Notes: a model not told the origin generated them from the letters alone. DNA of 64,000 nucleotides from Desulfobacterales bacterium (GCA_018399235.1 JAGYOX010000001.1:646-64645), one strand, 5' to 3'; shown: positions 1 through 8,688, counted from the stretch's first letter. Numbers and translations are program-made.

Positions 1-27
1 CCGGTTCGAATCCGGATGCCGCCTCCA
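1..27 (+). tRNA. 3' end of a tRNA cut by the window edge (T-arm, acceptor 3' strand, discriminator U, CCA); tRNA-Cys-like or tRNA-Gly-like
   Basis: GGTTCGAATCC T-loop motif, then CCGGA stem half, 7-nt acceptor strand TGCCGCC, discriminator T and CCA ending at nt 27. U73 is typical of bacterial tRNA-Cys/Gly. The anticodon is outside the window. Confidence 0.6.
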
Positions 28-49
28 ATTCAAATAGTCTGCAAGGGTC

Positions 50-1972
50 CTATCGTTTTTTAAATACGAAGTTTAAAGGAAGTCTCCCATTCTCTTTTTT
101 CAAAAGCTGTTTTGCCGCACGGACCCCTTCATCGTCTCCCTGTCTTTTAAATGCCCCTATCAGGTTAGAAAAAATTTGTTTGCGGGTTGGAAGCGGTAAC
201 GATTCAATATCCTCTTTCACTCTGTAAATCGAAATTTTAGGCCCTTTGCCCGTAAATGTTTTTATATGCTCCTGAGATTGAATCAGCTGATAGTAGTTTT
301 GAAGGTAGGTACATAGGCCGGGATGTTGCGTAACTACAACATCTTTAAAATATCTATCATAAATCATACTTGAAATTACAACATAAGTGTCTTTATAAAA
401 ACCATACCTGCCATTTTCCATAAGCGAAATGTTGCCCGGCCCTGTTGATCTTATATAAACTTTAAACCGTTTATTATCTTTATAATATTTATCAACAAAG
501 TAAAAATTAAAGCCTTTTAATAGAATATCATTTGTAAAATGGTTTGTTATTGTGCTGGAAAAATTGGCAAGCGTTACAGTTTTGTTCGATGAAAAGACCC
601 TGGGCAAATAATGCTGGATGTGCCCATCCAGAAGTATAGAAGCGTTTTTCGGAATATTTTCCTGTATCCATTTACTTGCGATTATTCTTGTGTCTTGTTC
701 TGCCGTTGTTCGTGTTTCAAATGACGTCAGAATATTATCTTTATGAAGGCCGATGTAATAGAATGTAAAAACAATAAGCATGGCTATCTGCAAGTAGGCA
801 TATTTATTGGCATTTATTTTTGGCCATTTTAGTTTCCGCTTGGAAAGAACAGGAAAAAACTCAGGTTGGAAAATATTCAGGATAAAAATTACAGTAAAAA
901 ACAGGATAAATGGATATACAGGTCTTAACCACCAACCGCTTATATGCATGCTGGTGATAAACACGGCACAATATGCACCGATATAAATAAAGGGAAAGAT
1001 AAGATTTTTGAGTTTAAAAATCGATAAAAATGCCAGAAAAAAACAAGCAAGAATGGCAACCACGCCTGACTGGCGTGTAATTAGGGACCATAAGGCTACA
1101 ATCCTGTCATTTATATTAAACAGATAAGCCTTGCCAACATGAAAGTATTCTCCGGAACCTATCTCGGAAAAATGAGAGGTTGCTGTTTGATAACCTTTTG
1201 GATCTAAAAACGTATAAGGCATAAGTATGAATACAAGCAGTGGACAAAGAACCAAAAAATAACCGGCATATCTTTTTGGATATTTTTTTGTAAATATATC
1301 ATGCAGGAGTTGGGCAAAGAAAACCGGGAGAAAAGCAATCGCTGTTACCTTAGATGCGAAAGCCGCGGAACAAAAAAGAACACCAAGAAAAAAATTAAAA
1401 AACGTTTTTTCCTTAAAGCAGCTGTAAAAAATAGTCAGGCATAGAAATAGGTATATGAAATTTTCGACTTTGATATAGTTATCCATGGCATCCGGAAGAA
1501 GCATGGCCATTACAAAAAAAAGCACTGCTCCGATTTTGGAATGAAACCGGCGGCTAATAATGTAGGCCAAAAATAGAGTTCCAGAGATATATGCCAGATT
1601 AAAGAGCAGGTAAGCCGGAATATAAAAGATTGCATCATTGGAAAACAAAAATGATACAAATTCAGCCTTTGAGGCAACTAAGCCGAATAAAGAATAGGCG
1701 AAGTACATACCAAAATACAGAAAGGATAGGATGTACATGGGAAGGGCATGGTAAACAAACCAACGGGGGTTGAAATCGTAATCCAGAAAACCAACAGCAG
1801 GGACGACTATTTTCTCTTCGTCAATATTCCAAGTTGAATAGTTGAAGGCCGGCCATGAAGCATATAAATATAGCCCCAATACCCCGAGAACAATGACTGA
1901 ATATAGAAGAAATTTTTTAGTCATTAAGTTTTTCAAATAGAGCTTTTTTTCATTTTTTATTGTATTGTTCAT
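50..1972 (-). CDS. Polytopic membrane glycosyltransferase, GT39/ArnT-PMT-like, with C-terminal soluble domain
   Basis: 640-aa ORF with more than 10 hydrophobic helices in the first ~400 aa, an acidic motif (IDEE) in the first loop and a soluble C-terminal ~200 aa. Markedly AT-rich compared with neighbouring genes. Confidence 0.55.
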   Translation of the reverse strand: MNNTIKNEKKLYLKNLMTKKFLLYSVIVLGVLGLYLYASWPAFNYSTWNIDEEKIVVPAVGFLDYDFNPRWFVYHALPMYILSFLYFGMYFAYSLFGLVASKAEFVSFLFSNDAIFYIPAYLLFNLAYISGTLFLAYIISRRFHSKIGAVLFFVMAMLLPDAMDNYIKVENFIYLFLCLTIFYSCFKEKTFFNFFLGVLFCSAAFASKVTAIAFLPVFFAQLLHDIFTKKYPKRYAGYFLVLCPLLVFILMPYTFLDPKGYQTATSHFSEIGSGEYFHVGKAYLFNINDRIVALWSLITRQSGVVAILACFFLAFLSIFKLKNLIFPFIYIGAYCAVFITSMHISGWWLRPVYPFILFFTVIFILNIFQPEFFPVLSKRKLKWPKINANKYAYLQIAMLIVFTFYYIGLHKDNILTSFETRTTAEQDTRIIASKWIQENIPKNASILLDGHIQHYLPRVFSSNKTVTLANFSSTITNHFTNDILLKGFNFYFVDKYYKDNKRFKVYIRSTGPGNISLMENGRYGFYKDTYVVISSMIYDRYFKDVVVTQHPGLCTYLQNYYQLIQSQEHIKTFTGKGPKISIYRVKEDIESLPLPTRKQIFSNLIGAFKRQGDDEGVRAAKQLLKKENGRLPLNFVFKKR

Positions 1973-2198
1973 TTCTATCAGTTCAAGCTTTCAGGCAATA
2001 CCAATAACTTCTTTTACCATTTGCTGCCAAATATTCTTAACAAATGCCGAGGCTTCTTGTCAGCAGTTTTTTCCCTAATTCTTTTCAATAGAGTAATTTT
2101 AATCATAATTGAATAATACCAATGGCCATAAAATTTGTTGATGGAAAGTTCACATTAAGATAAAGTTTTTTCCAAACCTTTTTGTCAAATCAGGAGGC

Positions 2199-3011
2199 AT
2201 GGCAATGAAAAGACGAATTGCCGAAGTTCTCACGTTGGCTTTGTCCATCATCTTTTTTTTCTCAAGCACCATTCTGGCCGAAGGTGATATCCATACCGCC
2301 TTAACAGAATCTCCTAAAATCCCTACAAACCCACCGGACCGAATGGCTGTTGCCGATGCGTTAATGGAGGAAAAAGGTCTGGAGGGCTATAAAAAAGCCT
2401 TTGAAATCTATCGGTCGTTGGCTGCAAGGCATCCGCAGTGTTTTGAAGTTCATTGGAAATGCGCCAAGGCGTGCCGGAAGTACGGGTATAAAGCCCAAAG
2501 ACTGGGAATTGATAACTGGAAAGATATTTGTGCGGAATATGGGAAAAAGGGCATGGGATATGCGGAAACCGCGATCCGCTTGAATCCTGAAAAGCCCCAT
2601 GGCTATTTATTCTATGCGGTCAATGTGGGCACTTACGCGGATGGCGTAAGTATAATTACCGCTTTAAGGGAGGGCCTCAAGGACAAAACCCTCAATAACC
2701 TGCAAAAAGCCTATGAAATTGATAAAACCCTGGAAAAAGGGGGACCTATACTTTGTCTCGGCCGATTCTGGCACAAGGTGCCCTGGCCATACAGGGACAG
2801 GGACAAGGCGCTTGCCTATTACAGGGAATATCAGCGAAGCCCGTTTTTCGGGAAACGGATCGAAGGCCATGTATTTCTGGCCGAACTGTTAATCGAAAAA
2901 AAGGATCGGAGGCATAAAAACGAAGCCAAGGAGCTTTTGGAAACCGCCCTTAACCAAGCTGAAGAGTCCTACTGGCGGAAGCAGGTGAGGGAGTTGTTGG
3001 ATGAAATCTAG
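2199..3011 (+). CDS. Secreted helical-repeat (TPR-like) protein, function unknown
   Basis: 270-aa ORF with an N-terminal signal-like hydrophobic segment (LTLALSIIFFFSSTILAEG) and a repeated helical A/Y/K-rich pattern. GGAGG-type RBS (caggaggc) just upstream. Confidence 0.6.
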   Translation: MAMKRRIAEVLTLALSIIFFFSSTILAEGDIHTALTESPKIPTNPPDRMAVADALMEEKGLEGYKKAFEIYRSLAARHPQCFEVHWKCAKACRKYGYKAQRLGIDNWKDICAEYGKKGMGYAETAIRLNPEKPHGYLFYAVNVGTYADGVSIITALREGLKDKTLNNLQKAYEIDKTLEKGGPILCLGRFWHKVPWPYRDRDKALAYYREYQRSPFFGKRIEGHVFLAELLIEKKDRRHKNEAKELLETALNQAEESYWRKQVRELLDEI

Positions 3012-4360
3012 CCCACTCTCCCAACCAGAATGACCCGCAGGTCCATCACATTGGTGCCGGTAGGCCCGGTCATCAGCAACTCACCGGTTTGTTTGAAAAA
3101 GTTGTAGCTGTCGTTGTTTTTGAGATGGGTGTAAGGAGAAATCCCGGCCTGTTCCGCTTTTTGCACCGTTTCTGAGTCCACCACAGCGCCGGCCGCATCC
3201 GTCGGTCCATCGGTGCCGTCGGTCCCCCCGCTTAATACAACCATGGCCTGTTCATCCTTGATATCTATGGCGGCTGCCAGGGCAAACTCCTGGTTCCTTC
3301 CGCCGAGCCCGTATCCTGAAATTTTTACTGTCGTCTCTCCGCCTGAAAGCAGGCATGCCGGCGGGGAGGTTGGATTTCCGGAATTCCGGATTTCTCTGGC
3401 AATGGCCGTGTGGACGTTTGCCGCGTCTTTTGTTTCCCCCTGTATCATGGAAGACAGGATCAGCGTATGATAACCCATAGCCTCAGCTGTCTTTCGGGCC
3501 TGTTCCAGTGCGGCAAGGTTGCTTCCAATGATAAAATTGAAAGTTTGGACAAAAACAGCCGTATCCGGCTTCGGGGTTTCCTCAATACCGCCGGATGCGC
3601 CTGCCGCCATGTGGTTTAAAACGGATTCGGGGATAAGGTTTTGAAGGCTGTAGGCTTCAATAATCCCCATGCCGTCCGAAAACGTGCCGGCGTCCGGAAC
3701 CGTCGGGCCGGAGGCGATAACATCAAGCCTGTCGCCAACAACATCGGATAGAATCAGGGTGATCACCGTGGCCGGAGAGGCGCGCCGGGCCAACCGTCCG
3801 CCTTTAATGGCGGACATGTGTTTGCGGATGGCGTTTATTTCATCAATCCCCGCGCCGCAGGCCAGCAATGTCTGGATGGTTTTTTGTTTGTCGGATAGCG
3901 TCAGCCCATCTGCCGGCAGCGGAAGCAGGGCGGACCCGCCGCCGGAGAGCAGGCAGATAACAAGGTCTTTTTCAGAGGCATGATCCGCAATTTTAAGGAT
4001 CTGTTCGGCGCCTCTCAACCCATTATGATCCGGTACAGGGTGGCCCGCCTCGATCAGGCGGATGTATTCAAGCGGACGGGTATGTCCGTATTTAACGGTA
4101 ACCGCCCCCTCCGTGATTCGGCCTTTAAGCAAGCATTCCAGGCCGGCGGCCATGTCTGCGGACGCTTTTCCCGCCCCGATGACGTACACATGATTGACGG
4201 CAGCCAGGTCGAAAGATTGGTCATGGATTTGAAGATGATTGCCGATGCGGCGGCAGGCATTTAAAACAGCGGCTTCTGCATTTACCGCATCGACGCCCGC
4301 TTTGAAGATGGATAGGGCATCCTGCCGAAGCCTTGAAAGGGATGCGTTGTCCTTCGACAT
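3008..4360 (-). CDS. Glycerate 2-kinase / hydroxypyruvate reductase family (DUF4147 + MOFRL domains)
   Basis: 450 aa. Motifs GAGKAS, LLSGGGSALL, LSGGETTV and LSGGTDGTDGPTDAAGA are characteristic of the TtuD/GckA-type glycerate kinase family. Confidence 0.8.
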   Translation of the reverse strand: MSKDNASLSRLRQDALSIFKAGVDAVNAEAAVLNACRRIGNHLQIHDQSFDLAAVNHVYVIGAGKASADMAAGLECLLKGRITEGAVTVKYGHTRPLEYIRLIEAGHPVPDHNGLRGAEQILKIADHASEKDLVICLLSGGGSALLPLPADGLTLSDKQKTIQTLLACGAGIDEINAIRKHMSAIKGGRLARRASPATVITLILSDVVGDRLDVIASGPTVPDAGTFSDGMGIIEAYSLQNLIPESVLNHMAAGASGGIEETPKPDTAVFVQTFNFIIGSNLAALEQARKTAEAMGYHTLILSSMIQGETKDAANVHTAIAREIRNSGNPTSPPACLLSGGETTVKISGYGLGGRNQEFALAAAIDIKDEQAMVVLSGGTDGTDGPTDAAGAVVDSETVQKAEQAGISPYTHLKNNDSYNFFKQTGELLMTGPTGTNVMDLRVILVGRVG

Positions 4361-4375
4361 GAAAGACCAAATGCA

Positions 4376-4606
4376 CTATTTGGATTCAGCAGCGGCTGTT
4401 TTATTCTCTTCAGCAGGCGCGGAATTCGATTCAGCAGCTGTTGTGGGCTGATTTTCGGGGGTTTCTGTTGATTTTTTCTTGTTTTTGGGCTTTTTTTTCT
4501 TCAAGCACTTCTTGTCTTTACGGACGAATGCGCAAAGCTTTGGATTGTAATACTCCTTGCAGTTTAAAGGATTATACAACGGGCATTCCGGATGTTTTTG
4601 TGACAT
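4376..4606 (-). CDS. Small Cys4 / Lys-rich protein, function unknown
   Basis: 76 aa. AAGGGGA RBS about 7 nt upstream of the ATG. Four Cys in the first 34 aa (C-x7-C-x8-C-x8-C), then a KKKKPKNKKK tract and a low-complexity acidic tail. Only 15 nt upstream of the glycerate kinase gene on the same strand. Confidence 0.55.
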   Translation of the reverse strand: MSQKHPECPLYNPLNCKEYYNPKLCAFVRKDKKCLKKKKPKNKKKSTETPENQPTTAAESNSAPAEENKTAAAESK

Positions 4607-4630
4607 ATGCCAACTTCCCCTTTATTCCTC

Positions 4631-4788
4631 ATTCCTAGTGCCCATCCATAAATGGCTAATTTGCCCAATTTCTGTGTCAGGCTCAAATTTTAATCCTCAA
4701 AATACTTCGAGTATTCCTGCGGTTAAAATTTTCGCCTTCCTTGAACTTGGACAAATTATCTTATTTATGGACGGACACTTCCTAATGG
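4631..4788 (-). repeat. About 158-nt imperfect inverted repeat (long hairpin) just upstream of the small Cys/Lys-rich gene
   Basis: Arms 4637-4653/4763-4779, 4657-4668/4747-4758, 4685-4693/4723-4731 and 4701-4705/4711-4715 pair. All three mismatches inside the stems are C-A or A-C on the plus strand, so they become G-U wobbles on the minus strand. Confidence 0.6.
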
Positions 4789-4969
4789 ATTTTTTATAAA
4801 ATTTTTTAATATATAACATAAACGGTAAAATTTCACAAGTAGCATCAGAAAATAGGCCATCATAAAATGAACAGGCCCTGGAAATCTTTTTGACAATTGA
4901 GCGTCTGAATGTAATAACATCCTAAATTTAGAAGAGTGGTTTCCAAAGAACGCCGGGAGTTGTGTCTGT

Positions 4970-7222
4970 ATGCAGGAATATGAGGAACTAAAATCTAATC
5001 TTCAGGGGGTTAACCAGACCCTTTGTGAATTAATGGGGCAGGCCAAAACGGTTCCGGCGGCGTCGGATCAAATTTTTGATGAATGGGAGACCGCCTGCCA
5101 TAAGATCGCCGGGCAGCTTGAAGACGACCTGGTGCGGGTGGCCGTGGTGGGTGCCATAAAATCCGGCAAGTCCACCATGATAAACGCGATGTTGAGCGGT
5201 GATTTTTTAAAGCGCGGGGCCGGTGTGGTCACCTCCATGGTCACCCGGTTAAGGCGTGGGCCGCAAAATAGGGCGCAGCTGTATTTCAAATCCTGGGACG
5301 AGGTCAATAGCGATATTCAAAGGGCGCTTGTGTTGTTTCCGTCTTCGGACTGGCGTAGCCTGAAGGATTCGTTTGATATCCGCCGGGAGACCGATCGGCA
5401 GGAACTGGAAGCCGCGCTTAAGAATCTTTCCACCCGGGACTTGATCACCAATGATACACGGAATTTAAACAGCCTTTTGCTTTTATCCTATCTGGAAGGC
5501 TATGAACGGGTTAAAGATATTATCGGTGAGGACAATGTTATAAAAGAGTTTACCGGCGGGCAATTTGCCGCCCACCAGGAGTTTTCAGGCAACGACACGC
5601 TGGCCTTTTATCTGAAGGATATCGCCCTTGAGGTGGATTCAGAAAACATTATACCCAATATTGAGATCGCCGACTGCCAGGGCAGCGACTCTCCCAATCC
5701 CTTACATCTCGCCATGATTCAGGACTATCTGCTCTCCGCCAACCTGCTAATATATGTAATCAGCAGCCGCACCGGCATTCGCCAGGCGGATATCAATTTT
5801 CTTTCCATGCTCCGCCGGATGGGATTTATTGAACAGATCGTTTTTGTTATTAATTTTGACTTTAATGAGCATGACTCCCCCGATGATTTGAACCGGCTAA
5901 TCGCCAGAATCAAAGAAGACCTCCGGATGGTCCGGAAAACTCCGCAGATCTATACGTTTTCCTCCTTGTTCAGCCTGTTTAAGTCTATCGCCGGGGAGCT
6001 TTCCGACAAGGACAGTCAGCGGTTTGACCTATGGAAAAAGGAACAGGAGCTGGTATCGTTTTCCGAATCCGAGGAAGAAAGATTCATGCGCGCCTTCCAT
6101 GAGATCGTCACGAGCCAGCGCTATTCGATCCTGTTTAAAGCCCCGGTGGAGCGGCTTCAAATGATTACCAACGGCATATTGAAATGGTGCCGGATGAATC
6201 GGGATGTGCTGGGTAAAGGTTCGGAAGAATCCGCCCAGCTGATAAAGAAAATAAAGGCCGAGCAGAAACGGCTCAACCGGGTGCAGTCCATGATCAAGAG
6301 TACGGTTGAGGGAACCCTCCAGCAGATCAAGCGGGATCTTAAAAAAGATGTGGATGGCTACCTGGACCCGAAGTATGGCGAATTGGTCGCCCCGATCATT
6401 GAGTTTGTTAAAAACTATTCCATCTCAGCGGAGCGATACTCAGAGCAGCTGGCCGGCGGCCGGTTCTCTGATGCATTATATGCGGTATTTCAGGAATTTA
6501 CTCATGAGCTGGACGCATACATGGCCGAAACGATCAACCCGAAAATATTTCATTTCATCAAAACCGAAGAGGACCGGATCAAAGAGTATTTTGAATCAAT
6601 TACCGGCCCCTATGAGGCAATGGTCAATGACGCCATGGCCCAATACAACGCCGTGTTAAACAATCTGGGGCTGGAAACGGTTGATGAAAACTCTCATGAA
6701 ATATCCTTGCCGGATTTTCAGGCCCTTAAAAGGCAGCATGGCCTTGAACTCCCGCCGGCCGCCACCACCATGAATTACAGCAAGGCGATAAAGACCGAGG
6801 CGGTCATGCGTTTTGGCATGTATAATCTGGCCAACCGGCTCAGGCGCCTTTTCCGCCGGCCTGCGGGCAATTCGGTAAAAGAGGGGCATGCGGCGCTCAA
6901 GACAGCGGTAAAGCGGCTGAAGCGGGAGACCGAGGAGGGCATCTCGTTTCAGTTTAAAAATTACAAGGAAAACATTAAATTTCAGTATCTATTCACATTG
7001 GTGGATGCGGTTTCAGCACAGCTGTATGAGGAGATCATGAACCGGTTTCATGATTTTACCAATGGGCTGGTGGAGTTAAGCGAGTTTGCGGGAAAGCATC
7101 AGCTGGATGGCACGCATCTGGTCAACCAGTTGAATGATATGGCTTCAGTGGCCGTAGAGCTTGAAGGCCGGCTCAAGGAGATTGCGTTGGAGGTTAAAGG
7201 CACTGAGGGAAAAAGGCACTAA
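4970..7222 (+). CDS. Bacterial dynamin-like GTPase (large, soluble-type)
   Basis: 750 aa. Dynamin-type G1 VAVVGAIKSGKSTMINAML near residue 60, a DxxG-type motif (IADCQG), and a long helical C-terminal stalk-like region. The last about 8 codons and the stop lie inside the GGCACTRA repeat. Confidence 0.75.
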   Translation: MQEYEELKSNLQGVNQTLCELMGQAKTVPAASDQIFDEWETACHKIAGQLEDDLVRVAVVGAIKSGKSTMINAMLSGDFLKRGAGVVTSMVTRLRRGPQNRAQLYFKSWDEVNSDIQRALVLFPSSDWRSLKDSFDIRRETDRQELEAALKNLSTRDLITNDTRNLNSLLLLSYLEGYERVKDIIGEDNVIKEFTGGQFAAHQEFSGNDTLAFYLKDIALEVDSENIIPNIEIADCQGSDSPNPLHLAMIQDYLLSANLLIYVISSRTGIRQADINFLSMLRRMGFIEQIVFVINFDFNEHDSPDDLNRLIARIKEDLRMVRKTPQIYTFSSLFSLFKSIAGELSDKDSQRFDLWKKEQELVSFSESEEERFMRAFHEIVTSQRYSILFKAPVERLQMITNGILKWCRMNRDVLGKGSEESAQLIKKIKAEQKRLNRVQSMIKSTVEGTLQQIKRDLKKDVDGYLDPKYGELVAPIIEFVKNYSISAERYSEQLAGGRFSDALYAVFQEFTHELDAYMAETINPKIFHFIKTEEDRIKEYFESITGPYEAMVNDAMAQYNAVLNNLGLETVDENSHEISLPDFQALKRQHGLELPPAATTMNYSKAIKTEAVMRFGMYNLANRLRRLFRRPAGNSVKEGHAALKTAVKRLKRETEEGISFQFKNYKENIKFQYLFTLVDAVSAQLYEEIMNRFHDFTNGLVELSEFAGKHQLDGTHLVNQLNDMASVAVELEGRLKEIALEVKGTEGKRH

Positions 7223-7252
7223 GGCACTGAGGCACTAAGGCACTGAGGCACT
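7199..7252. repeat. Tandem octamer array GGCACTRA (about 5 copies)
   Basis: ggcactgagg..ggcactaaggcactgaggcactaaggcactgaggcact. The same octamer array recurs at 8321-8345 and inverted at 25038-25056. Confidence 0.85.
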
Positions 7253-7257
7253 ATGCG

Positions 7258-7346
7258 ATGTAGCGGCGGGCTTTAGCCCGCCATTCGCAGAGGCGTTCGG
7301 GTGGTAAAAATCGCATCCGCTGGAAGGCTAAAGCCTTCCGCTACAT
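7258..7346. repeat. Hairpin-pair repeat element (module A), copy 1
   Basis: atgtagcgg-GCGGGCtttaGCCCGC...GGAAGGCtaaaGCCTTCC-gctacat, with terminal inverted ends atgtagcgg/ccgctacat. Near-identical copies at 22413-22500 and (inverted) 58460-58547; partial copies at 16215-16240 and 21229-21256. Confidence 0.85.
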
Positions 7347-7416
7347 AGGTTTCACAAATTTCGATAAACAGATTGGGAACTGGCGGATGCACTTTTCTTA
7401 TCCGCCCTACAGGGCT

Positions 7417-7451
7417 TAACCATAAACCTTATACCTTATACCTTGCACCTT
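7417..7451. repeat. Degenerate heptamer array (YYTWAAC/CCTTATA type)
   Basis: taaccataaaccttataccttataccttgcacctt. Same family as the arrays at 13627-13822, 16091-16186, 20849-20981, 21277-21378, 24791-24872 and 58332-58373. Confidence 0.8.
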
Positions 7452-7473
7452 GGGTTACCCGGAAGGAGGCAAA

Positions 7474-8259
7474 ATGGCGAAAAAATCAACCCGGATAGTT
7501 GCCGTGGCTAATGAGAAGGGCGGGGTCGGTAAAACAGCCATGGTGATCAATCTCGGGGCGGCTTTGGTAAAAGACGGCAAAACCGTTCTGATCGTGGACA
7601 TGGACCCCCAGCATAATGCAACGAGCGGGCTGGGTATAGATGTTACGGATGAAATGGCCAGTGTCTATGATTTAATCAGCGATGAGGGCGGGGGGGCGGT
7701 TGATGATGTTCTCTGGTCGACCAAATGGCCTGGACTGGATGTTATCGCCTCGCATCCGGATCTGGCCGGGGCTGAAGTCGAACTGGTTGATGCAGAAGAG
7801 CGGGAGGACAGATTAAAAAATGCGATTCAACCCCTAATCGATAAATACGATGTTGTCATCCTGGATACACCGCCAAGCCTCTCTCTTTTGACAATCAATG
7901 TATTTTCCTGCGCAAACGAAGTGCTGGTGCCGTGCCAAACCCATCCCTATTCGTTCAACGCCCTTGAAGACCTTTTCGATACCATTGGAGCAGTTCAGGA
8001 AGGAATCAACCCGGAGCTAAAGATCACCGGGCTGGTCCCCACGTTTTTTGATCAGCGTCTCCGGGTGTGCCGGGACATCATGGAGCGGCTAAAGACCGAT
8101 GAACGTTACCAGGGTTTGCTTTTTAATACGATTATCCGTTCCAACATCACCATCGCGGCCAGCGCGGAGACTGGAAAACCTGTCGTGTTCTATCGCACGG
8201 GGAGTTTCGGCGCCAAGGATTATACCAGCCTTGCCCGGGAATTCATGATGGCAAAGTAA
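7474..8259 (+). CDS. ParA/Soj-family ATPase (orphan, no parB adjacent)
   Basis: Deviant Walker A NEKGGVGKT. ATG at 7474 preceded by GGAAGGAGG. The ORF-track TTG start at 7450 lies inside the repeat array and is less likely. Confidence 0.85.
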   Translation: MAKKSTRIVAVANEKGGVGKTAMVINLGAALVKDGKTVLIVDMDPQHNATSGLGIDVTDEMASVYDLISDEGGGAVDDVLWSTKWPGLDVIASHPDLAGAEVELVDAEEREDRLKNAIQPLIDKYDVVILDTPPSLSLLTINVFSCANEVLVPCQTHPYSFNALEDLFDTIGAVQEGINPELKITGLVPTFFDQRLRVCRDIMERLKTDERYQGLLFNTIIRSNITIAASAETGKPVVFYRTGSFGAKDYTSLAREFMMAK

Positions 8260-8345
8260 AGAGCGATTTATTCCGCTGGCGCGGCATTTTTGCAGAAAGG
8301 AACTTTTGCGACAGGTTAAAGGCACTAAGGCACTGAGGCACTGAG
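8258..8345. repeat. Repeat module D plus octamer tail
   Basis: aaagagcgatttattccgctggcgcggcatttttgcagaaaggaacttttgcgacaggttaaaggcactaaggcactgag. Near-identical inverted copy at 25038-25122 and a diverged copy at about 38205-38262. Confidence 0.85.
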
Positions 8346-8358
8346 CTTTTGATTTTTT

Positions 8359-8385
8359 AACCCAATACCCAATACCTAATACCCG
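8359..8385. repeat. Heptamer-like array CCCAATA/CCTAATA
   Basis: aacccaatacccaatacctaatacccg. Similar array at 22588-22620. Confidence 0.7.
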
Positions 8386-8481
8386 AAGTTCCTTGGAAGT
8401 GTTCCCCCCGGGCCGCGGGGACCGAGCCTAAAAGTAACTTTTACTGTATGCTTGAAGGCACTGAGACGATTCATCCAATTT

Positions 8482-8553
8482 TGTCATTTCGAGCGGCAGC
8501 GAGAAATCTTTAACAAACAAGATTCCTCGTCGCTTTCGCTCCTCGGAATGACA
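8482..8553. repeat. Inverted-repeat element (module B), TGTCATTTCGAGCG...CTCGGAATGACA
   Basis: 72-nt element with complementary ends. Further copies at 13533-13603 (opposite orientation) and 21145-21215; half copies at 38264-38305 and 22724-22772. Confidence 0.85.
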
Positions 8554-8645
8554 GAGAGTTAAGCTTTTGGAATAATAATATATATTTCCAAGTTATTTAG
8601 AAGTCATTTTTTATATTGCATTGGGATTTTTCATGCAGTAATCTA

Positions 8646-8663
8646 TGACTGATATGTCAGTCA
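8646..8663. promoter_or_regulatory. Candidate TetR operator palindrome
   Basis: TGACTGA-tatg-TCAGTCA, perfect 7-nt inverted arms, 25 nt upstream of the tetR-family start codon at 8689. Confidence 0.4.
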
Positions 8664-8688
8664 GTTAACTTTCAAAGGGTGGTGGCCT

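Noticed and set aside
3008-3011. Convergent genes sharing overlapping stop codons within a CTAG palindrome
   Set aside because: The observation is real but trivial: a 4-nt tail-to-tail overlap is common and implies no special mechanism.
7450-7473. TTG start extending parA by 8 codons, and the 23885 start extending the ABC ATPase by 37 codons
   Set aside because: The extensions lie in a repeat array or overlap the permease gene. Canonical ATG starts with an RBS (7474) or TAATG coupling (23996) fit the family N-termini.
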